Shown one piece after another: positions 9,514 through 19,427 of a stretch of 64,000 nt of DNA. Below the pieces are notes generated by a model that worked only from the letters and a program-made list of their open reading frames with translations, did no database searches and was not told the DNA's origin. Numbering within the stretch: position 1 is the first letter of the stretch; each line of letters begins with the position of its first letter. The stretch is from Bacteroidales bacterium (GTDB lineage: Bacteria > Bacteroidota > Bacteroidia > Bacteroidales > UBA1402), in assembly GCA_045627385.1 (NCBI GenBank), contig JAZQNO010000025.1, forward strand, positions 5,147 to 69,146, in the 5' to 3' direction. The translations under genes were made by a program, and so were the position numbers.

Positions 9514-11016
9514 ATGACGACAGACATCACCGTACTGGATTACATCATCTTTCTGGCTTTCCTCGTCGGCATTGTGCTGTTCGGCTGTTCATTCTATTTC
9601 CGTGAGCGGAAGGCCAAATCGCAGAGCACCGGACAGTTCACCCGAGCCAACGGCAGCATGCCTTCCTGGGTGGTCGGCATGAGCATTTTCGCCACCTTTG
9701 TCAGCAGCATCAGTTTCCTTGGTTATCCGGGCGAAGCCTTCAGCAACAACTGGAATCCTTTTGTTTTCAGCATCTGCATTCCGCTGGCTGCCTGGCTGGC
9801 CGCCAAACTGTTCGTGCCGCTCTACCGCAGTATGAACAGCGTGTCAGCCTACCATTATCTCGAGGTCCGCTTCGGTTACTGGTCACGCGCCTATGTGGCC
9901 GTGTGCTACCTGCTGACCCAGCTGGCCCGTATGGGCTCCATCCTTTTCCTGCTGGCGCTTCCGCTCAATTTCATGCTCGGTTGGAGTGTTCCCACCATTA
10001 TCGTCATTACCGGTGTGGCCGTGCTCATTTTCTCGTCGATGGGCGGTATCAAGGCTGTTGTCTGGACCGATGCCATCCAAGGTATCCTTCTCATTGTCGG
10101 GGCTTTGGCTTGCGCCATTCTGCTCACTTGCATGATCCCGGGCGGTCTGGGCGAACTGATTTCGGTAGGTAAGGAATACGACAAGTTCAGTATGGGAAGC
10201 CTGTCGGGAAGCCTTACGGACAAGACCTTCTGGGTGCTGCTCATTTACGGCCTGTTCACCAATCTGCAGAACTACGGCATCGACCAGAACTACATCCAAC
10301 GCTACATGACGGCCAAAGACGACAAGGCGGCCAAGAATTCGACGCTTTTCGGCGGTCTGCTCTATGTGCCTGTGTCGCTGCTGTTCGTCTATATCGGAAC
10401 GGCTCTGTTCGTCTATTACAAAACCAGCGGCAGCCTGCCGGCCGACGTGGCCGGAGACCAGGTGTTCCCGTATTTCATCGTGAACAGCCTGCCGACGGGT
10501 GTCACCGGTTTGCTGATCGCCTCCATTCTGGCGGCTGGCATGAGTACGGTCTCGACTAGCCTCAACTCGGCCTCCACCATCATTCTGACCGATTTTGTCA
10601 AACACTTCAAACCCGACCTCAGCGAGAAGAAGGGAATGGCCGTCCTTTACGGAACCAGTGTCATCCTCGGCGTGCTTGGTGTAATCGTGGCGCTCCTGAT
10701 GATGGGTGTGGACGGCGTGCTCGACACTTGGTGGAAACTGGCTTCCATCTTCAGCGGCGGCATGCTCGGCCTTTTCCTGCTGGGTTTCATCTGTCGCCGG
10801 GCTACCAAACCAGCCGCCATTGCCGGTGTGCTTGTCGGTCTGTTGGTCATCGCCTGGATGAGTCTGAGCCAATACTTGTTTACGGGTGCCTTGCAGCCCT
10901 ATGCCTGCCGTCTCAACGGCAACCTGACCATCGTGCTGGGAACGATGGCCATCTTCCTCGTCGGTTTTTTCGTGACTATTTTAATCAACCCCAATAAAAG
11001 ACAAAACAATGCGTAA
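9514..11016 (+). CDS. Sodium:solute symporter 1 (SiaT-like)
   Basis: Many TM helices. SIFATFVSSISF, YLEVRFG, GGIKAVVWTDAIQ, DQNYIQRY, AAGMSTVSTSLNS. Confidence 0.9.
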   Translation: MTTDITVLDYIIFLAFLVGIVLFGCSFYFRERKAKSQSTGQFTRANGSMPSWVVGMSIFATFVSSISFLGYPGEAFSNNWNPFVFSICIPLAAWLAAKLFVPLYRSMNSVSAYHYLEVRFGYWSRAYVAVCYLLTQLARMGSILFLLALPLNFMLGWSVPTIIVITGVAVLIFSSMGGIKAVVWTDAIQGILLIVGALACAILLTCMIPGGLGELISVGKEYDKFSMGSLSGSLTDKTFWVLLIYGLFTNLQNYGIDQNYIQRYMTAKDDKAAKNSTLFGGLLYVPVSLLFVYIGTALFVYYKTSGSLPADVAGDQVFPYFIVNSLPTGVTGLLIASILAAGMSTVSTSLNSASTIILTDFVKHFKPDLSEKKGMAVLYGTSVILGVLGVIVALLMMGVDGVLDTWWKLASIFSGGMLGLFLLGFICRRATKPAAIAGVLVGLLVIAWMSLSQYLFTGALQPYACRLNGNLTIVLGTMAIFLVGFFVTILINPNKRQNNA

Positions 11017-11590
11017 ACTGTTCTCCTTTTCCCTCATGTTGCTGCTGGCCGGTTCTCTGGTGGCCCAGCAGTCTGAAGAGTATCTCAAAGTCATCAACAA
11101 TCGCGCCGACGGCATCGTCAAGACGCTCGACATCGCCGACGAGGTATTGGCCGCTTCCGCTCAGAAACTGATTGCCCAGCAGTATATCGACCTGGGTGTC
11201 ATCAACGACAACAAGGAACTGGCCGCTACAGACCGCGACGCCCAGCTTCGCGCCAGACATTATTATTTCATCGCCAATCTTGAGGCGATTCTCACACCCG
11301 AGCAGATTGAAAAAGTGAAGGACGGCATGACGATGGGTGTCTATCCCAAGACGCTTCAAGCCCATTACGACATGATACCCTCTCTGACGGAAGAAGAGAA
11401 AGCCTATATCCGCGCCGCTCTCAAAGAAGCCCGCGAATATGCCATGGACTGCTCCGACAGTCAGGCCAAGCACGCCTGGTTCGGCAAATACAAAGGCCGT
11501 ATCAACAATTATCTGGCCGCCCGTGGCTACGATCTGAAAAAAGAGCGTGAAGGCTGGTATCAACGTATTGAAGCAGAAAAGAACAAATGA
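11009..11590 (+). CDS. DUF3826-like secreted protein
   Basis: Signal peptide. LTPEQIEKVKDGMTMG, AREYAMD, KHAWFGKYKGRINNYL..GYD. Confidence 0.7.
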   Translation: MRKLFSFSLMLLLAGSLVAQQSEEYLKVINNRADGIVKTLDIADEVLAASAQKLIAQQYIDLGVINDNKELAATDRDAQLRARHYYFIANLEAILTPEQIEKVKDGMTMGVYPKTLQAHYDMIPSLTEEEKAYIRAALKEAREYAMDCSDSQAKHAWFGKYKGRINNYLAARGYDLKKEREGWYQRIEAEKNK

Positions 11591-14500
11591 AACATACGGC
11601 ATTGATCCTTACCTTGTTGGCATCGACTGCCATGGCGTGGGCATCGCCCGTCGTCAAACTGCAGTCCTTGGACCGACAGTCGGAGAACACTCCTTCGCCG
11701 GATTTTCCCGACTATTCCTATGTGGGCTATCGCGCCGGTCAGGAGGCAGTGCCTGTGGCCGAAGTGAAGGCTTTTGTCCCTGCCCGCGAGGGCGATATGA
11801 CGGTCGACATTCAGGCTGCCATCGACTATGTGAGCTCGCTTCCGCTCGATGAGAACGGACTTCGTGGCGCTGTGCTGCTCGATGCCGCCACCTATCGTCT
11901 GGAAGGCGGTCTCCGCCTGGCTGCCAGCGGTGTTGTCCTCAGGGGCAGCGGTAGCGGCAAACAGATGACGCATCTGCTCGGATTGGGGCAGGACCGTACC
12001 ACCGTTTTGCGTATCGCAGGCAAGTCCGACCGCAGGGAATCGCGTCCTATGGCCATTTCCGCAGAAGTGGCTGTCGGTTCTATGGAAGTGACGGTCGCCG
12101 GACATGCGTTCCAAGCGGGCGATCAGCTCCGCGTCAACCGCCGCTGTCTTCAGGAATGGATTGATGAGATGGATATGAACAGTTTCGGCGGCGAATCCAG
12201 TTATATCGGTTGGAAACCGGGTGATGACAGAGGCCGTCCAGGTGATGTCGATATCCATTGGGACCGCGTCGTCAAGGCTGTCAAGGGTGATGTCCTCGTT
12301 TTGGATGCACCCATCACCTGTGCCATCTCCTTGGGAGAGGGTAACGTGACTTCTTACGAATGGCCCGGCCGCATTGAAAACTGCGGTGTCGAGAATATCA
12401 GTTTCGAATCGGAAAACTTCAGCTATCAGCAGGATGGCGAAACATACGGCGAGGACACCCATCGTTGGATTGCCGTTGAAATGGACCATCTTCGCGATGC
12501 CTGGGTGCGTCAGTGCCGTTTCGAAGGATTCGTCATGTCGAGCGTTTTCGTGGCTCCCGGTGCCAACCGCGTCACGGTGGCCAACTGCGAAAGCCTTGTC
12601 GATGACAGGGACGGACAGATTGACAAGACCTACCTCACCATGGGCGGACAAAGCCTGTTCATCCATCTGAAAGCCAGCGGCGACGCCCGCCATTTCCTGG
12701 CCGTGGGCCGTTGTGTTCCGGGTCCTGTCGCTTTTGTGGACTGTCAGCTGTCGGGCAATGCCGATTCCTACAGCGGCACCATCGACGCATGGTCGACGGG
12801 TGTCCTTCTTGACCGTATCGTCACCGATGGTACGCTGGCCATGGCCAACCGCGCTCAAGACAATATGGGCGCTGGCTGGACTACCGGAAACTCCATGATG
12901 TGGAACTGCCAGGCTGCACAGATTCTGGCTGTCACTCCTCCCACTGCCGACAACTGGGTATACGGTTGCTTGAGTGAGACCCGGCGCGACAAGGTGGACG
13001 AATGCGTTTTCGGAAACGCGACTTGGGTGAAATTGGGTGAGAAAACCGAACCCAAAAGCCTGTACGAAGACCAGCTGGCCAAACGTCAGCTAAAGGGTCA
13101 GGAGTCGGATCCTGTCAGTTTCGACAATCGTACAACTCAGGAAATGAGCACTGTATGGCAGTCGTTCCGTCAGGAAAAGAAAGCCTACGATGGCCCGAAA
13201 ATGGGTCTGACACCGGCTGGTGTGCTGGCTCGTGACGGCAAGATTCTGAGAGGTTATTCTCAAGGCGTCGTCTGGTGGAACGGTTCTTTGAAAGACCGCT
13301 ACACCTACAATGCCGGCATTGGCCTGACACGTTACGCTCCGGGTCTTGTCGGCAATGCCTTCACCGATGATTTGGACGAGCTCACCGACCGCATGGCCGC
13401 ATCCGGTCGGCTGATTACCGACCATCACTACGGTCTCTGGTATGACCGCCGCCGCGACGACCACGAACGTATCGCCCGTATGGACAACTGCGTATGGCCG
13501 CCTTTCTACGAGCAGCCTTTCGCCCGCAGCGGACAGGGTTACGCTTGGGACGGTCTCACCAAATACGATCTGACCAAATGGAATGTCTGGTATTGGAACC
13601 GTCTGAAGAAATACGCCGACCTGGCCGATGAAAAAGGCCTGATTCTGTTCCATCAGAACTATTTCCAGCACAATATTATCGAGGCCGGTGCCCATTGGGC
13701 CGACTGCCCTTGGCGTGCTGCCAACAACATCAACGGAACGGGTTTTGCCGAGCCGGTTCCCTATGCCAGCGACAAGCGCGTCTATATGGCCGAACAGTTC
13801 TACAATATCAACGACGAACACCTTGCCTCACTGCACCGCAACTATATCCGCAAATGTCTGGACAACTTCGCCGACAACGGCTCGGTCATCCAGTTCATCG
13901 GCGAAGAATTCACAGGCCCGCTGCATTTCGTGCAGTTCTGGCTGGATGTCATCGCCGAATGGGAGGCCGAAACCGGACTGCACCCCTTGATTGGATTGAG
14001 CGTGACCAAAGACGTTCAGGATGCCATCCTGGCCGATTCCAAGCGTGCGGCAGTCGTCGATGTGATTGATATCAAGTATTGGCGTCCCACCATGACTGGT
14101 TTCTATGCGCCGCAGGGAGGCCTTTCTCTGGCTCCCCGCCAGTTTGACCGTCTCAGAGGCGACCAGTTCTCGGTACAGGCCGAAGTCAAAGCCACCACCA
14201 TGGAAGAACGTACCTACGAAGTGGTATCGGATTATCGCAGCCGCTTCCCCGACAAGGCTGTCATCTGCTCCTCACAAGGCAGTTCTTGGGCGGCTTTTAT
14301 GGGCGGTGCCTCTCTGACTACCGTTCGTGGAGATTTTCCTGAAGAGTTTCTGAAGATGGCCACCCGACTGCAGCCGCTGACAGCAGCCGATCCCACCGGA
14401 TGCTGGGTGCTGGGCGCTCCGAAGATTGGCTACATCGCTTACGGACGCAATGGAACACGCATTGATCTCAAGTCGGACCGCAAGTCTTACAAAGCCCAAT

Positions 14501-14604
14501 GGCTCGATCAGAGAACGGGCCAGCCAAAGGGCGAACCCTTCAAAGTCAAGGGCAAACGTGTCTTTGAAACAGAAGAAAGCGGTCTCCTGTGGCTTTATCG
14601 TTAA
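11587..14604 (+). CDS. Secreted beta-helix + DUF6298-type domain protein (copy 3)
   Basis: Same architecture and motifs as 929..3925. ATGA overlap with the upstream gene. Confidence 0.75.
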   Translation: MKHTALILTLLASTAMAWASPVVKLQSLDRQSENTPSPDFPDYSYVGYRAGQEAVPVAEVKAFVPAREGDMTVDIQAAIDYVSSLPLDENGLRGAVLLDAATYRLEGGLRLAASGVVLRGSGSGKQMTHLLGLGQDRTTVLRIAGKSDRRESRPMAISAEVAVGSMEVTVAGHAFQAGDQLRVNRRCLQEWIDEMDMNSFGGESSYIGWKPGDDRGRPGDVDIHWDRVVKAVKGDVLVLDAPITCAISLGEGNVTSYEWPGRIENCGVENISFESENFSYQQDGETYGEDTHRWIAVEMDHLRDAWVRQCRFEGFVMSSVFVAPGANRVTVANCESLVDDRDGQIDKTYLTMGGQSLFIHLKASGDARHFLAVGRCVPGPVAFVDCQLSGNADSYSGTIDAWSTGVLLDRIVTDGTLAMANRAQDNMGAGWTTGNSMMWNCQAAQILAVTPPTADNWVYGCLSETRRDKVDECVFGNATWVKLGEKTEPKSLYEDQLAKRQLKGQESDPVSFDNRTTQEMSTVWQSFRQEKKAYDGPKMGLTPAGVLARDGKILRGYSQGVVWWNGSLKDRYTYNAGIGLTRYAPGLVGNAFTDDLDELTDRMAASGRLITDHHYGLWYDRRRDDHERIARMDNCVWPPFYEQPFARSGQGYAWDGLTKYDLTKWNVWYWNRLKKYADLADEKGLILFHQNYFQHNIIEAGAHWADCPWRAANNINGTGFAEPVPYASDKRVYMAEQFYNINDEHLASLHRNYIRKCLDNFADNGSVIQFIGEEFTGPLHFVQFWLDVIAEWEAETGLHPLIGLSVTKDVQDAILADSKRAAVVDVIDIKYWRPTMTGFYAPQGGLSLAPRQFDRLRGDQFSVQAEVKATTMEERTYEVVSDYRSRFPDKAVICSSQGSSWAAFMGGASLTTVRGDFPEEFLKMATRLQPLTAADPTGCWVLGAPKIGYIAYGRNGTRIDLKSDRKSYKAQWLDQRTGQPKGEPFKVKGKRVFETEESGLLWLYR

Positions 14605-14625
14605 CATCCTCATCTACCGGTACGT

Positions 14626-16230
14626 ATGAAACGAATCCTTATATGTTTGGCAATTGCCGTTATCAGCCTGTCCCTTTTCGCCCAGGAAGGGCGCCGTATG
14701 GGACAGGACATTGATTTTTCCTATTGCGGATACCAGTACTCCGAACAGGCCGTTCCCACCTTGCCTGTCAAAGCTGTCGTGCCTGTTCACAAGGGAGACA
14801 TGTCAGCCGACATTCAGGCTGCCATCGATTATGTTTCCGCTCTGCCTGCCGATGAAAACGGCTGGCGCGGAGCTGTGCTGCTTGAAAAAGGCGAATACCG
14901 TCTCGACAAGTCGCTCAGCATTCTCGCTTCGGGTGTGGTGCTTCGCGGCAGCGGTATGGACGACGCCCAGACGGGTACGCTGCTCAAGTCAGAGCAGGAG
15001 ATAGCCTTGGTGTGCATCGGCAAGGAAGAAACTGCCGCTTCCTTCGGCGCTTTCAGGGATGTGCAGGGTGAACTCCCTGTCGGGACTTCTCAGATAGAGG
15101 TGTTGAAGCATGGCTGCAAGGTCGGTGACGAAATCTGTATCCGTCAGAAGGCGCTGCTGGTTCCAGTGACCGACGGACGTCCGGGAAGCAAGGGAACCCG
15201 TGTGGAATCGCCTGTCGTATGGCGTCGTTGGGTGACGGCCGTCCAGGGCAATACGCTCACTTTGGACGCTCCTCTCACTTTCAGCTTGCCGCAGGACGGC
15301 CGCTCGGCCGAAATGTGCCGGGTGACCAAGTCTGTCTATATGGAAGAGACCGGTGTGGAGAATCTCTGCATGGAAAGCGCAGGCAAGGCCATCACGGTCT
15401 GCCAGCTGCACAACGGTTGGATCCGCCGTGTTCAGTTCGACACGAACGACAACGGAATCGAACTGGCCGCTTCGGTATCCAATATGACGGTAGAGGACTG
15501 CTTGAGTCAGAATCGGTCAAAGACTGCATTCCTTCTGGCAGGCAGCCGCTGCCTGCTGCAGCGGCTGCAGGTCCGGCACGGACAGCAGAGTTTCCGCGTG
15601 GCTCAAGGAACTGAAGGCCCCAATGCCTGGGTTCAGTGCTGGTCGATCGACCCCGCTTCCTGGAGCGGTCTCGAAGGCCCGATTCTCGAAGCCGGACATC
15701 CGACGACCGGCTGCAATCTCGACCTTTCGAGCGGTGTCCTCTTCGACATCTGTTCGGTCCACCGCCAAGCTTTGCGTTTGGACAATCCCAATCCGGCCAA
15801 TCCTTTCGAATCGTGCTGCGGTACCAATTGTACCTTTTGGAATTCTCAGGCGGCTATGCTTTCCTGCACGAAACCCGATTGGGACAACAACTATGCTTTC
15901 GGCGCCTGGGGCCAGTTCAACGGCCGCGGCTACTGGAACGGAGCCAACAACCATTCTTCGCCCTGGAGCCTGTTCTACAGCCAGCTTCAGCATCGCGCTT
16001 CCCGAATGGAAGGAGCAGCGGCTGAGGCCTGTCAGTCCAATGCCCGGACCAACAGCTCACGTCTGATCACGCTGAGCGGAGGCGGTACCTCTACGGTGGA
16101 AGACGCCCGTTACCAGACGGAGCGTTCCCGCAAGGGCGAGACGATGATTTCCGAGCGGATCGCTCAGACCGTCGTTTCCGACCCGATTGATACGAGTTTT
16201 GAAGAATCTATGAAAACTATTTGGAAATGA
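14626..16230 (+). CDS. Secreted beta-helix-only paralog (copy 4, lacks DUF6298-type half)
   Basis: Signal peptide, DFSYCGY, DIQAAIDYVS. AFGAWGQFNGRGYWNGAN..PWSLFYSQL matches copy 2. Ends at EESMKTIWK. Confidence 0.7.
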   Translation: MKRILICLAIAVISLSLFAQEGRRMGQDIDFSYCGYQYSEQAVPTLPVKAVVPVHKGDMSADIQAAIDYVSALPADENGWRGAVLLEKGEYRLDKSLSILASGVVLRGSGMDDAQTGTLLKSEQEIALVCIGKEETAASFGAFRDVQGELPVGTSQIEVLKHGCKVGDEICIRQKALLVPVTDGRPGSKGTRVESPVVWRRWVTAVQGNTLTLDAPLTFSLPQDGRSAEMCRVTKSVYMEETGVENLCMESAGKAITVCQLHNGWIRRVQFDTNDNGIELAASVSNMTVEDCLSQNRSKTAFLLAGSRCLLQRLQVRHGQQSFRVAQGTEGPNAWVQCWSIDPASWSGLEGPILEAGHPTTGCNLDLSSGVLFDICSVHRQALRLDNPNPANPFESCCGTNCTFWNSQAAMLSCTKPDWDNNYAFGAWGQFNGRGYWNGANNHSSPWSLFYSQLQHRASRMEGAAAEACQSNARTNSSRLITLSGGGTSTVEDARYQTERSRKGETMISERIAQTVVSDPIDTSFEESMKTIWK

Positions 16231-18155
16231 AACAGCTGAATGTCATCCTCGCGCTTGCGGCCCTTTGGGCGGTTCTTCCCATGAGCGCGCAGACCCTCGA
16301 TCCTACCCGTGACCTGGTGCATTATTCCGGCACGGTAATGTCGAATGTCGACTATCATCATGGCCAGCTGCAGCCGGCCATCGGCGTGCACTGTCAGCAG
16401 ATCATGCGCGCCAACCGCGAAATGCCCGAGGAATCCGACGGTTTCGGATGGACCTACAATCATGCTCCGATGATTGCCTACTGGCAGGGACGCTATTATG
16501 TGGAATACCTCAGCGATCCTGTCAGCGAGCACGTCGCTCCCGGCCAGACATTGGTCATGAGTTCGGCCGACGGGCAGAACTGGAGTCGGCCAGAGGTCAT
16601 CTTCCCGGAATATCTCATTCCCGAGGGTTTCCAAAAAACGCCTGAAAGCCCCAAGGCCGACGGAAAGACCGCCGCGGTGATGCATCAGCGGGTCGGCTTC
16701 TATGTGTCCCCCAAATCGGGAAAACTGCTTGCGCTCGGATTCTATGGCGTGTCGCTGGTCTACAAAGACGATCCCAACGATGGAAACGGCATCGGACGTG
16801 TCGTGCGTGAAATCAAGTCCGACGGAAGTTTTGGCCCCATCTACTTTCTCCATTACAACCATCTGTTCAATCCGGAGAATGCCAAGGACAAACAGGCGCC
16901 CGTGCTGACTGCCGACGGCAAGAAGTTCTATCCAACGGCCTATCCTTTTTATAAGAAGTCGAAGGACAAAAAGTTTGTGGCCGCATGCGACGAAATCCTC
17001 TCCAACCCGCTGTATACGATGCAGATGGTGGAGGAATCGGACCGCAACGATCCGATGATTCCGCTTCATAAGGAATACAAGGCCTTCTCCTATTATCATC
17101 TCGACAACGGCGATGTGGTGGCTCTGTGGAAACACGCTCTCACTTCCATCAGCCATGACGAAGGGCAGACTTGGTATCAGCCCGTGGGCCGTTCTTTCGG
17201 ATTTGTCAACAGCAATGCCAAAATTTGGGGACAGCGCACTTCCGACGGACGTTTCGCCACGGTCTACAATCCTTCTGAATACCGTTGGCCGCTGGCTATT
17301 TCAACTTCCGACGATGGTTTGGAATATAAAGATCTGATGCTGGTTCACGGCGAAATCAGCCCGATGCGTTACGGCGGACAGTACAAGAGTTTCGGTCCGC
17401 AGTATGTGCGTGGTATTCAGGAAGGCAACGGACAGCCCGAAGACGGCAAGATTTGGCTCACCTACAGTATGAACAAGGAAGACATCTGGGTGGCTTCCGT
17501 GCCTGTTCCCGTGGTCTGTCAGGCTGCCGCCCACGAATCGGACGTGTTCGCCGAAATGCCCGACGGACACGAACTGGACCGCTGGAACACCTATGACATG
17601 GTCTGGGCTTCTGCCCGCATCGAAAAGAACGGACAGGGCAATAAGGCCTTGTTCCTCAGAGATAAGGATCCTTTCGACTATGCTTGCGTCCAGAAGATCA
17701 TTCCTTCCTCGGCCGCCACTCGCGTCGAACTGGAGGTAACTCCTCATCAGAACGATTTCGGAACGCTCCATATAGAAATGCAGGATGCGAAAGGCTTGCC
17801 TTCGTTGCGTATCAGTTTCAACCCCGACGGACGCATCTACACCAAATCAGGTGCCCGCTACAGCAGCATCGGCTCTTACGTGGCCGGACAGACGTACCGT
17901 CTGGTCATTGAAACCGACTGCCTGCATCGCGCCTACACGGTCAGCGTCAACGGCGGCCGTCCGGTGACCAAGATTTTCTATGCTCCTTCGGCTGCTTTGG
18001 AACGTGTGATGTTCCGCACGGGTGAACCTCGTGTCGAACCTACCCCTGAAACGCCGGCCGACCGGTACACGGATATGGAAAACGCTTCCTCTGTCGATCC
18101 CAAGGAAGCCGTCTTCGAGATTCACTCGCTCAAGACATCTGCCAGACAGTTGTAG
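16227..18155 (+). CDS. GH143-like Dha (3-deoxy-D-lyxo-heptulosaric acid) hydrolase, resembling the N-terminal module of B. thetaiotaomicron BT1020
   Basis: Signal peptide. DYHHGQL.PAIGVH..QIMRANRE, GWTYNHAPMIAYW, Asp-box-like SADGQNW / SHDEGQTW / SDDGLEY, GPQYVRGI, YSMNKEDIWV. Recalled similarity only. Confidence 0.75.
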   Translation: MKQLNVILALAALWAVLPMSAQTLDPTRDLVHYSGTVMSNVDYHHGQLQPAIGVHCQQIMRANREMPEESDGFGWTYNHAPMIAYWQGRYYVEYLSDPVSEHVAPGQTLVMSSADGQNWSRPEVIFPEYLIPEGFQKTPESPKADGKTAAVMHQRVGFYVSPKSGKLLALGFYGVSLVYKDDPNDGNGIGRVVREIKSDGSFGPIYFLHYNHLFNPENAKDKQAPVLTADGKKFYPTAYPFYKKSKDKKFVAACDEILSNPLYTMQMVEESDRNDPMIPLHKEYKAFSYYHLDNGDVVALWKHALTSISHDEGQTWYQPVGRSFGFVNSNAKIWGQRTSDGRFATVYNPSEYRWPLAISTSDDGLEYKDLMLVHGEISPMRYGGQYKSFGPQYVRGIQEGNGQPEDGKIWLTYSMNKEDIWVASVPVPVVCQAAAHESDVFAEMPDGHELDRWNTYDMVWASARIEKNGQGNKALFLRDKDPFDYACVQKIIPSSAATRVELEVTPHQNDFGTLHIEMQDAKGLPSLRISFNPDGRIYTKSGARYSSIGSYVAGQTYRLVIETDCLHRAYTVSVNGGRPVTKIFYAPSAALERVMFRTGEPRVEPTPETPADRYTDMENASSVDPKEAVFEIHSLKTSARQL

Positions 18156-18826
18156 ACGATTGTCCAAGCGGAACATTCGACTTCGAACGAATCTCCGACT
18201 GTCTCATTCAAGGTGGCTTGCCACCAGCGCCTGAGCACCTGTGCGTGCAAAGGCCATCGAAGGCCCTCCAACGTGAGGGCTTCGTTGTCTGTAGGAAAAA
18301 TGGAAACCTCCCGTCCCGGACGGCAGGCAAATCGGGCTCTGCCGCGGATGGCCGTCATCCAGCCGTAGTCGCTCAGCATCCTGATTTCGGCCCGAGTGCC
18401 GTCTGACACCGATTCCAGCGATTCGCAGAAGTCGGCCAGATGGCTGATGTTGCCCAAAGTGTGGTCTTCGCGCTTGCCCGTGGCGCCTAGAATCAGCATC
18501 CGGCGAAAGCCTTGAGCGCAGGCATATCTGAACGCTTTGCAAAGGTCGTTGGTTTCCTGTTCGTCAATCCGGACAAGAGGACTCCCTGTCTCATGAAGGC
18601 GCTCAATCGTTTCGGACGAGAGCGAATCGCAGTCTCCGACGGTGGCCAATGGCCTCATTCCCATGTGGATAAGACTTTCTGCGGCGCTGTCACAGCAGAT
18701 GACACGTTCTGAAAAACGGTGGAGAAAACTCAGGGCAAGTGCGGAGCGCGGTTCTTCGCCGGCGGCCAGAATGACCGCCTCAGGTTCGAAATGTTCGATG
18801 GAAGGGTAAAATCGGGTTTCGTCCAT
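18122..18826 (-). CDS. thiN: Thiamine diphosphokinase
   Basis: ICCDSAA, VGDCDSL, EQETNDLCKA, LGATGKREDHTLGNI, TLNE motifs. Start moved to ATG 18826. Confidence 0.9.
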   Translation of the reverse strand: MDETRFYPSIEHFEPEAVILAAGEEPRSALALSFLHRFSERVICCDSAAESLIHMGMRPLATVGDCDSLSSETIERLHETGSPLVRIDEQETNDLCKAFRYACAQGFRRMLILGATGKREDHTLGNISHLADFCESLESVSDGTRAEIRMLSDYGWMTAIRGRARFACRPGREVSIFPTDNEALTLEGLRWPLHAQVLRRWWQATLNETVGDSFEVECSAWTIVYNCLADVLSE

Positions 18827-18827
18827 A

Positions 18828-19421
18828 TCAGATGTGGGTTTGCGTTTGCTTGGAAAGTCTTGTCCAATGGATGAATCCACAGGCGCTGACGATGGTGTAA
18901 ATGCCGTAATACACCGAGGAAGGGTAGAGGCCCTGATGGTAGAACACCAGACACTGCATTCCGTTGACGACGAGCCAGACAATCCACTGGTCGATGCGCT
19001 TGCAGGCCAGCATCCAGGTGGCCAGCAGACTGAGCGCCGTCATCAGGCTGTCTGCCAGAGGCACGGAACTGCCCGATTTTTCCAGAAAAAGATAAAACAG
19101 AAAGCTCATCAGAGCTGTCGCGGGAAGGTAGACCAGCCAGTCTTTCCAGGAACTGAACCGCAGGTGGCTGTCGCTTCGCTTTTTCCCCCATCGCCACCAA
19201 CCGTAGATGCCGGCCAGCACATAATAGAGATTGACGAGCATCAGGCCGTAGATGCGGTTGTGCCAGAAAATGAGGATATAGGCGCCCGACATCAGAATGT
19301 AGAGTGGCCACATCCGGACATCGGCCTTGTATTCCAAAACGATGTACGCCAAACCAATGAGGCAGGCGATCAGTTCCAATCCGTTGAAACCGGCGAAGTT
19401 GAAGGAAAGCAACGTGTCCAT
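18828..19421 (-). CDS. pnuC: PnuC-family transporter (probable thiamine transporter, PnuT-type)
   Basis: LELIACLIGLAY, IYGWWRW, DSLMTALSLLATWMLA.K..QWIVW motifs. Lies in a TPP-riboswitch operon. Confidence 0.85.
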   Translation of the reverse strand: MDTLLSFNFAGFNGLELIACLIGLAYIVLEYKADVRMWPLYILMSGAYILIFWHNRIYGLMLVNLYYVLAGIYGWWRWGKKRSDSHLRFSSWKDWLVYLPATALMSFLFYLFLEKSGSSVPLADSLMTALSLLATWMLACKRIDQWIVWLVVNGMQCLVFYHQGLYPSSVYYGIYTIVSACGFIHWTRLSKQTQTHI

Positions 19422-19427
19422 AGGCAA

